Assembly (NCBI GenBank): GCA_038209015.1
Contig: JBBQYC010000001.1
Coordinates: 18,974 to 82,973, forward strand
Direction of reading: 5' to 3'
From: Candidatus Saccharimonadales bacterium
GTDB taxonomy: Bacteria; Patescibacteriota; Saccharimonadia; Saccharimonadales; JBBQYC01
DNA: 64,000 bases
This document shows, in pieces, positions 57,498 to 64,000 of the stretch. Position numbers and translations under genes: made by a program. Below the pieces are notes generated by a model, which saw nothing but the letters and a program-made list of their open reading frames with translations, ran no database searches and had not been told where the DNA came from. Every line of letters begins with the position of its first letter. The first letter of the stretch is position 1.

Positions 57498-57995
57498 CTA
57501 GCGCTGTTTTCGAGTGATCAAACGCTTTGCAGCGATTGCTGCGGCGCCTAATGCTAGAGCGGCTCCACCTACAACCGCCTCAGGTGAAATATCTGTACTC
57601 GTTTCAGCAAGTTCCTTGGGTTGGGATTGTACCTCTACTGTTGTTTCGGACTGAGATTCATCAAAAGCAGGGTTATGTACGATAACCCCTTCATCAGAAA
57701 TTTCAGTTCCCAGTGTCGCGGGTGGCGCTGACTCTACGGTGCTATCTTGGGTGGAATTATCAGATTGGGTGACTGGTTGTTCTGGGTCAACAATCGTTAC
57801 TGACTCGGTTGTGGGTGTTGTGTCAGGAGGAGGCACGTCATCTGGGCGTTCTTCTACATCAGGACCCTCGTCTTTATGCGCCGGATCAACATATTCATCA
57901 CTACTGGTGGTGTTCTCATTTGAAAACGCTTCTGGCTGGTTATTAACTTGTAGTTCGTCGTTGTTTTGATTGTTTGTTGTTTGTGCAGATTCCAT
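57498..57995 (-). CDS. Acidic low-complexity protein with C-terminal membrane anchor
   Basis: T/E/S/D/P-rich; ends AVVGGAALALGAAAIAAKRLITRKQR. Confidence 0.7.
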   Translation of the reverse strand: MESAQTTNNQNNDELQVNNQPEAFSNENTTSSDEYVDPAHKDEGPDVEERPDDVPPPDTTPTTESVTIVDPEQPVTQSDNSTQDSTVESAPPATLGTEISDEGVIVHNPAFDESQSETTVEVQSQPKELAETSTDISPEAVVGGAALALGAAAIAAKRLITRKQR

Positions 57996-58122
57996 ATATG
58001 TAACCTTGATTAATGTACATATCATAACAAAATAACCACCAAATGTCAATACCAAAGTTATTATGCTTTATTGACACTTGGGAAAATTCCGCATACCATA
58101 CAGTAAAGAACACATACATACT

Positions 58123-59994
58123 ATGAGCATCATACATACAGTATTACGTCCCATACAATCGATTTTCGGATTTTTGGGGCGCCTATCTCTTAAGATAAAA
58201 CTAGTGTTAACCGCCTTACTGGTGCTTGCAGGAGCCGCTTTCGTAGCTTTTGCATTTATATTGCCAGGTACACCGCCAGCCAGTAATCACGTTATTTTCT
58301 TATATAGTTCTGAAAACGGCTACAGTGAGACACAGTATGGCTTTGAACCGGTTAGGTACCCAACGGTGCTATATGACAATGGACTTTTTGTCTGTGGTTC
58401 TTCACATGTGGGTGAGGGAACGCCTAAGCAGCGTTATTTGGATAAGAAAACGCAGCAAACTTTCTTTGAGGAGCTTGGGGCTTCTGGCTTCCTTGGCCTG
58501 AAGAGCGGTGATTATTCTGAAGATTCAGAATTCCCCCAACCACTTGATTTAGAAACGACTATTTATGCAAATAAAGACGATCAACCCATTCACGTTACGT
58601 ATAGCAGCCCTGTATCACCTAAAAAACTTTCTAAAACAACAGCGTATATACAGACATTCTGCAACAAAGAGATACGAGACGATTTCCATACTGGCACCTA
58701 TCTGGTTCGAGCTATTAAGCTCGATGACGCCAAACAAGCTGGCCAGGAGTACCGTACCGTCCAAGTCGATCAGGCAACTGCTGATATGTTCGTGCGGACC
58801 AATGTTATTGAACCACAACAGTCAAAAACCGTAGACCAAAAATCATATGAAGAATTTCAATCAACCTTCAAAGCCGATACCGCGATACTTGCATATGAAG
58901 ACAAGCTGTTTCTCGTAAATATAACTCCTGCACTGCATCCATACGAACTAGCAGGCGGAAATATAGCTCATGCTCGCTCAGCAGATGTGGCAGGTGACAG
59001 CACTAACAAGCAAGTACTCGCTGATGCGACCCCGCACGTAGAATTCATTTGGCTTCATGGATCAAACCAAGCCCCTCCATCCGATGCCACTACTATTTTG
59101 CGTAGAACATCTCAGCGCGTCCGCGACTGGTATATGAGCAAAGCCGGCAAGACCCTGAAGTTTGGGGGAAACCGAGTATTAAAATCATCTCAAACAATCG
59201 GGCAGATCGAAACGTGTCCGAGCGAAACGGACTGCCAAGGCGATAAGTCCTTAGCGGCCTACTATAATTTGAAAAAAAGCGTATACCCCGATCTCACCGG
59301 ACGACAGGTCGTAGTGTTATACCAAGGAACACACGACCAATGTAACGGCTGGGGTGCGCCGAATAGCGGCGATTATGGTGGGGGGAGTTTGAACTCTGCG
59401 GGAACCTCGAACGGAGGCTTTGGTCTACTCAATATTATAGCTTGCAATTGGGATAATGGTAGGGAAAAGGTGGCAGGTCATGAGCTGGGGCATGCCTTAG
59501 GTTCAACTCATTGGTGCCAAGATAAAAATATTATGGTCGGTTCGGGATGTTCCAGTTCCGCTCGCTCCGACGGACTTCGCTATGCGAATATGAATGATAC
59601 GCAAAAAAACGCATTTTTGGGCAGTGAATTCTTTAAAAAGTCGAGTGATAGATTGTTACCAGGCCAACGTCTCTACTCTGGCGGGGTGATGCATTCAATA
59701 GATGGGAGTTACAGGCTTATTGTTCAACCAACAGATGGAAATGTCGTAGTTTACAGAAATGACAATGCATATAAGTGGGATTCAACCACGTACAATCCAG
59801 GGAACCCTCACATTATATTTGAGTTTGCAGAGGACGGTAACGTGCATGCATCAACAGATTATAGTTATGGCTGCCGCTCTGGTCCAAGGCCTGGGGCTAA
59901 TCGACTTATTATGCAACATGACGGTAATCTTGTCGCATATGATGCGGCGAATCAAGCAAAATGGGCAACCTCCTGGAATTATTGGTACTGTTAA
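58123..59994 (+). CDS. Membrane-anchored zinc metalloprotease with C-terminal bulb-type lectin domain
   Basis: HELGHALGSTH + NIM Met-turn; QPTDGNVVVY and QHDGNLVAY motifs. Confidence 0.82.
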   Translation: MSIIHTVLRPIQSIFGFLGRLSLKIKLVLTALLVLAGAAFVAFAFILPGTPPASNHVIFLYSSENGYSETQYGFEPVRYPTVLYDNGLFVCGSSHVGEGTPKQRYLDKKTQQTFFEELGASGFLGLKSGDYSEDSEFPQPLDLETTIYANKDDQPIHVTYSSPVSPKKLSKTTAYIQTFCNKEIRDDFHTGTYLVRAIKLDDAKQAGQEYRTVQVDQATADMFVRTNVIEPQQSKTVDQKSYEEFQSTFKADTAILAYEDKLFLVNITPALHPYELAGGNIAHARSADVAGDSTNKQVLADATPHVEFIWLHGSNQAPPSDATTILRRTSQRVRDWYMSKAGKTLKFGGNRVLKSSQTIGQIETCPSETDCQGDKSLAAYYNLKKSVYPDLTGRQVVVLYQGTHDQCNGWGAPNSGDYGGGSLNSAGTSNGGFGLLNIIACNWDNGREKVAGHELGHALGSTHWCQDKNIMVGSGCSSSARSDGLRYANMNDTQKNAFLGSEFFKKSSDRLLPGQRLYSGGVMHSIDGSYRLIVQPTDGNVVVYRNDNAYKWDSTTYNPGNPHIIFEFAEDGNVHASTDYSYGCRSGPRPGANRLIMQHDGNLVAYDAANQAKWATSWNYWYC

Positions 59995-60114
59995 TTCGAG
60001 ATTTTCCGTAAAAATCTATAAATAAGATCCAAGGTAATTCATTACCATTCTAAGTTGACAAACCGTATTGTATAAACATATGCTTCAATCAATACATTAT
60101 ATAAGGATTAAGCT

Positions 60115-62019
60115 ATGGCTGGCCGCACATTAAAACTCAAAACAAAAACAAAAACTTCTGTAAAAAAGTCTAATCGCAAAAAACAGCAAAGTAAATTGAA
60201 AGTATTCTTCAATATACTAAAACAAAGGAGGGCAATCCTTTTTGCGGTGTTTTTTGCAATCATTGGAGTAACCATACTGTATCTGGTGAATGCCCAGAAT
60301 ACGCCGAATACATATAATGAAGTAGCCTTTCTCTATAGCGAAGGCCATGGACATGAAGAATCACAATTTGACCTTAAACCGGTTGATTATCCATTAGTTT
60401 TATATAAGGATGGTTTATTGGTTTGTTCAGCACACGGTCATGGCAGTGAAGAATCCAGCCCAACACAGGCACAGCTTAACAAAGAGCAAATGAATGAGTT
60501 TCTATCTGCTGTCAGAACTAATGGGCTAGATAGTTTAGAAGAAAAACATTATGAATCAGCTGGTGGCCCGGCGGATCCTATAGCGTTATATACGACTGTT
60601 TTTGCCGACTTTGGCAGGAGCCAAAAATACGTAACATATAGTTCTGGTGATAGGCCAAGTGGGCTGAGTAGCATTACTTCATTTACGCACAATTACTGTG
60701 ATAATAAGGCAGTGGAAGCCTATGATGCCGACACCTATACTGTAGACAGTGTCATTATAGATAATCAAACGAATTCTAGAGTAACAGGACTCGCTAAAGC
60801 GCGAGAGGTGATTGGTGCCAAACTGAGCCGTAATGACCGCTTAGCTCAGGCTATCCGCAGCATAGACAACGCTAATAAAAAGCAGGCACAAAGTGTCAAC
60901 CGGCAGACTGCAAGTGAGATAAAAAAAGCGCTCAAAGGTAAGTCGGAGGGCGTCATGACGATAGAAGGTGCTGAAGTGCTAGTGCGGCTTACTCCGTTAC
61001 TAAGACCTTACGAATTAAAAGGGCAGAGTAATGTCAGCATAGAGAATGAGTCAGACAAAGTGTATGCCGCGACGGCAAAAAAAGTCGAATTTGTATGGTT
61101 CTATGCGTCCAATCAATCGTTACAAAGCGGATACACGACTAAATTAAACGGTACATCACAAAAAGTGCGCAGCTGGTACCGTAGTCAGGTGGGTGAAGAT
61201 GTTTTACATGCTAAGAACTACACCAAAAAAGGGGCAAAAACAGTAGCTCAATATGAAACCTGCCCGAGTGGTAAAAACTGTGCTGGTGATAAATTACTTG
61301 CTGCGTTTTATAATGTGCAGGCAGAGCTGGGGACACTAACTGATGCCCAGGTTGTCGTAATGTTTCAGGGCAGTGAAACCACCTGCAAAGGCTGGGGGAG
61401 TGTCGCTGGGTCGACCGCTAATAACTCTGTAACTGCAGCCAAATCAGGTACTGGTATAGTCAATGTGACGGGTTGTACGTGGGATGATGGACGTGAGAAA
61501 ATAGCAGGTCATGAGTTTGGCCATGGCCTAGGATCGGCACATTCATGCTACAACTATAATATTATGGCTAATAGTTCTTGCGCGACTACAGGCAATGGCT
61601 TACCACATTCAATACTGCACAGTACTCAGAAATCATCATGGGCAAATTACAGTCAGTTTTTCGGCGGAGTGCGTACTTACCTCAACGGCAACGAACATAT
61701 GTACCAAGGCCATACAACATATTCACCGCAGAAAAAATATCGATTAGTCATGCAAGGGGATGGTAACCTGGTCATATACAGCAGCAATAATTCAGCGGTA
61801 TGGAGTGCTAGAACTGGTGGTAACAGCGGTGCATTCTCTATATTCCAGACAGATGGCAATTTGGTACTCAGAAAACCAAGCGGTAAATATTGTCATGCTG
61901 CAAGCAACGGCAAGGGCGGGTATCGTCTCAATATGCAAGATGATGGCAACTTGGTTATCTACAAATCTGACCTAAAGACTGCCGTGTGGTCACGATACAA
62001 TGGTTGGTACTGCAACTAG
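60115..62019 (+). CDS. Paralogous zinc metalloprotease with bulb-type lectin domain
   Basis: HEFGHGLGSAH + NIM; QGDGNLVIY, QTDGNLVL, QDDGNLVIY. Confidence 0.85.
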   Translation: MAGRTLKLKTKTKTSVKKSNRKKQQSKLKVFFNILKQRRAILFAVFFAIIGVTILYLVNAQNTPNTYNEVAFLYSEGHGHEESQFDLKPVDYPLVLYKDGLLVCSAHGHGSEESSPTQAQLNKEQMNEFLSAVRTNGLDSLEEKHYESAGGPADPIALYTTVFADFGRSQKYVTYSSGDRPSGLSSITSFTHNYCDNKAVEAYDADTYTVDSVIIDNQTNSRVTGLAKAREVIGAKLSRNDRLAQAIRSIDNANKKQAQSVNRQTASEIKKALKGKSEGVMTIEGAEVLVRLTPLLRPYELKGQSNVSIENESDKVYAATAKKVEFVWFYASNQSLQSGYTTKLNGTSQKVRSWYRSQVGEDVLHAKNYTKKGAKTVAQYETCPSGKNCAGDKLLAAFYNVQAELGTLTDAQVVVMFQGSETTCKGWGSVAGSTANNSVTAAKSGTGIVNVTGCTWDDGREKIAGHEFGHGLGSAHSCYNYNIMANSSCATTGNGLPHSILHSTQKSSWANYSQFFGGVRTYLNGNEHMYQGHTTYSPQKKYRLVMQGDGNLVIYSSNNSAVWSARTGGNSGAFSIFQTDGNLVLRKPSGKYCHAASNGKGGYRLNMQDDGNLVIYKSDLKTAVWSRYNGWYCN

Positions 62020-62072
62020 GCATTGCAAATATATAGTGAATATGCTATAATACTTTCATAATCGGAGAGGCT

Positions 62073-62636
62073 ATGAAGTATTTCATTGGTGTCCTAGTTA
62101 TATTGTTCTTCTTTATCGTTGGCGGCCTGTTGTTTTTTAACCGAGACAAAGCGCCAGAGGTTCTTAGTGATGCCAAAGATAATTCACTTGCACAACATGC
62201 CGAGAACTCTGACAGCAGCGTGAGCTGGACTAAAAAGGGTAAAATCGTTGCAAATGAAGACTTTTACGCAGTACGCGTTACCGTTACTTCATCTCAGCGC
62301 ACTATTGAGGTCCTAAAAGGGTATAACGAGACGCTTGTTAGACGAGAAACCTACCCAAACAATAAAGAGGCGTATAGCGTACTTCTGAAGGCTCTAGACA
62401 ATCTAGGATATAGCAAGACGAAAGATGCTACATATAGTGAAGCAGAAGGTGCATGCCCAACGGGATACCGCTATCTTTATAAGCTTGAATCAAGCATGGA
62501 GACGCCAGTAGATTCGTGGTCTACGTCATGTTCAACCAGGGATGGAACTTTTGATGGTACGGCTAGTACCGTGCGCCGTTTATTCCAGGAGCAAATTAGC
62601 GACTTCAACGAAATTACCAAACCAGCAAAGTTCTAA
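62073..62636 (+). CDS. Secreted/membrane-anchored hypothetical protein
   Basis: N-terminal TM, CPTG...WSTSC; TTGCAA/TGCTATAAT promoter. Confidence 0.72.
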   Translation: MKYFIGVLVILFFFIVGGLLFFNRDKAPEVLSDAKDNSLAQHAENSDSSVSWTKKGKIVANEDFYAVRVTVTSSQRTIEVLKGYNETLVRRETYPNNKEAYSVLLKALDNLGYSKTKDATYSEAEGACPTGYRYLYKLESSMETPVDSWSTSCSTRDGTFDGTASTVRRLFQEQISDFNEITKPAKF

Positions 62637-62654
62637 ATCTGCTACAGTGGTTGT

Positions 62655-63227
62655 GTGATTAAAGCGATACTATTTGACTGCTTTGGAGTGTTAACCGCAG
62701 ATACCTGGCGTGAATTCCTCAATAGTCTGCCTGATACAGCAGATACCGGGCGGGCTCGTGAATTGAACCATCAATACGATGCCGGACTTATTACAATCGA
62801 TGAATTTTTAGGTCAAGTTGAAGAGGCTACGGGGCATCGCCCGGTAGAAGTAGAAAAACTGCTGGACAACGAAACAAGCAAGAACTCGGTCCTACTTACC
62901 TACATTAAAGATCTAAAACAAAACTATAAAATTGGCCTACTCAGCAATATAGGTACTAACTGGATTCGAGATGCTTTTTTGACCGAATCAGAACAAGATG
63001 TATTCGATGATATGGTATTTTCATTTGAAACAGGTACCACCAAACCAGACCCAGAAATATACAAATTAGCGTGCCAGCGACTCGGCGTAGAACCAGAAGA
63101 GGCAGTATTTATAGACGATATTGAAAGCTACTGTACAGCGGCGCAAGCCGTCGGCATGCAAGCAATCCATTACCGGGATTTCCAGCAACTCAAGCACGAT
63201 TTAGAGCTTCTTTTAGTTCACACATGA
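62655..63227 (+). CDS. HAD phosphatase (YihX-like)
   Basis: FDCFGVL, LSN, KPDPEIY, FIDD. Confidence 0.9.
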   Translation: MIKAILFDCFGVLTADTWREFLNSLPDTADTGRARELNHQYDAGLITIDEFLGQVEEATGHRPVEVEKLLDNETSKNSVLLTYIKDLKQNYKIGLLSNIGTNWIRDAFLTESEQDVFDDMVFSFETGTTKPDPEIYKLACQRLGVEPEEAVFIDDIESYCTAAQAVGMQAIHYRDFQQLKHDLELLLVHT

Positions 63228-63330
63228 TATAAAACCTACGTAATGCCGATTGTGTTTACTATCATATTGACTCATAGCTATAGCGGGTGTTAACTTAAAT
63301 TAGTTTTCCAAAACAAAGAAAGGAAACAGT

Positions 63331-63564
63331 ATGTCGACAATCGAGGTATTTGATGACCAAAATCTAGAGCGTGCCTTACATAACTACGCCGTTGGCGATG
63401 TCATGATGATGGCGTCCGTAATAGGCCGAATGGATTCGCTTAGTTCTGAGCAGCGCTCAGAGTTAGAGGCCAGTGATTTGTACCAGACCATGGCGCCATT
63501 TGTTGGCTCAACCGCACTTAGAATAGAGAATGGTACCCAACCATCGCTACGACTTATAGGTTAA
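63331..63564 (+). CDS. Hypothetical protein
   Basis: AAGGA RBS, TTGACT promoter. Confidence 0.6.
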   Translation: MSTIEVFDDQNLERALHNYAVGDVMMMASVIGRMDSLSSEQRSELEASDLYQTMAPFVGSTALRIENGTQPSLRLIG

Positions 63565-63579
63565 ATCACACAGATTCAT

Positions 63580-63825
63580 TTAATGATTAATCTGAATTCG
63601 TAAGCTCTTTTTGGTATTTAGTTCTTCTTTCAAGACATGCAAGTGTTCACGTAGAGCGGCAGCAAGAGATGGATTTCCTACAGATATAACGATGCTATGT
63701 TCCCGAGCTTTTACCTCACATATTTCATCGAATACGTCCTTAATGTAAGCTTTAATCTGTTTAATTTCCGGTGCTTCCTCGGGCATTTTCCGCCGTGCCA
63801 ATATGTCGCCTAAACTATGTGTCAT
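63580..63825 (-). CDS. DciA/DUF721-like protein
   Basis: SLGDIL...IVISV.NP.LAA.LR pattern. Confidence 0.55.
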   Translation of the reverse strand: MTHSLGDILARRKMPEEAPEIKQIKAYIKDVFDEICEVKAREHSIVISVGNPSLAAALREHLHVLKEELNTKKSLRIQINH

Positions 63826-63850
63826 TCAGCTATTGTACAATGATTGGACT

Positions 63851-64000
63851 ATGCCTGAACTACCAGAAGTCGAAACCGTCCGGATTGGTCTTGCGAAACT
63901 ACTACCTGGCAGAACAATTGCTTCTGTGACATCAGATTGGAAAAAATCTTTTCCCAATGCAAAAACCGATGTCGATACATTTCTCATTGGTGCTATGGTG
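63851..64000 (+). CDS. mutM: Formamidopyrimidine-DNA glycosylase (partial)
   Basis: MPELPEVETVR N-terminus. Confidence 0.93.
   Translation, partial: MPELPEVETVRIGLAKLLPGRTIASVTSDWKKSFPNAKTDVDTFLIGAMV

Noticed and set aside
1-64000. CRISPR array, prophage, IS transposase, rRNA, reverse transcriptase/DGR
   Set aside because: No regularly spaced repeats, phage structural genes, transposase/integrase or RT motifs were seen. The pilin identity patches show no adenine-specific variation.

Overview
This window looks like compact core chromosome from a Patescibacteria/CPR bacterium, most likely Saccharibacteria (TM7). That call is inferred from the array of six VirB2/T4SS-type pilin genes beside a VirB6-like membrane gene, the bifunctional PGI/PMI, the apparently leaderless genes and the overall gene content. 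It carries four tRNAs (Ser-GCT, Ser-TGA, Ser-CGA, Arg-GCG) and housekeeping genes (valS, argS, tsaD, murE, CIRCE-controlled groES/groEL, dnaG-rpoD, polA, mutM). It also has a carotenoid cluster (crtI-crtB plus a polyprenyl synthase), a CarS-like lipid operon, a divergent second sigma70, tandem lectin-metalloproteases and many ORFans. Three non-coding patterns stand out. (1) Three dispersed copies of an ~80-90 nt inverted-repeat element (GTTAGAA...TGGAAGG..TTCTAAC) sit between a duplicated ATG at the start of unrelated genes, and each encodes a uORF ending GF-stop 4 nt before the real ATG. (2) Small gene cassettes are stacked at the tRNA-Arg 3' end, delimited by copies of the tRNA end. (3) Three divergent gene pairs appear to share a single palindromic -10 box. 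All product calls come from motifs read by eye; no database search was run.
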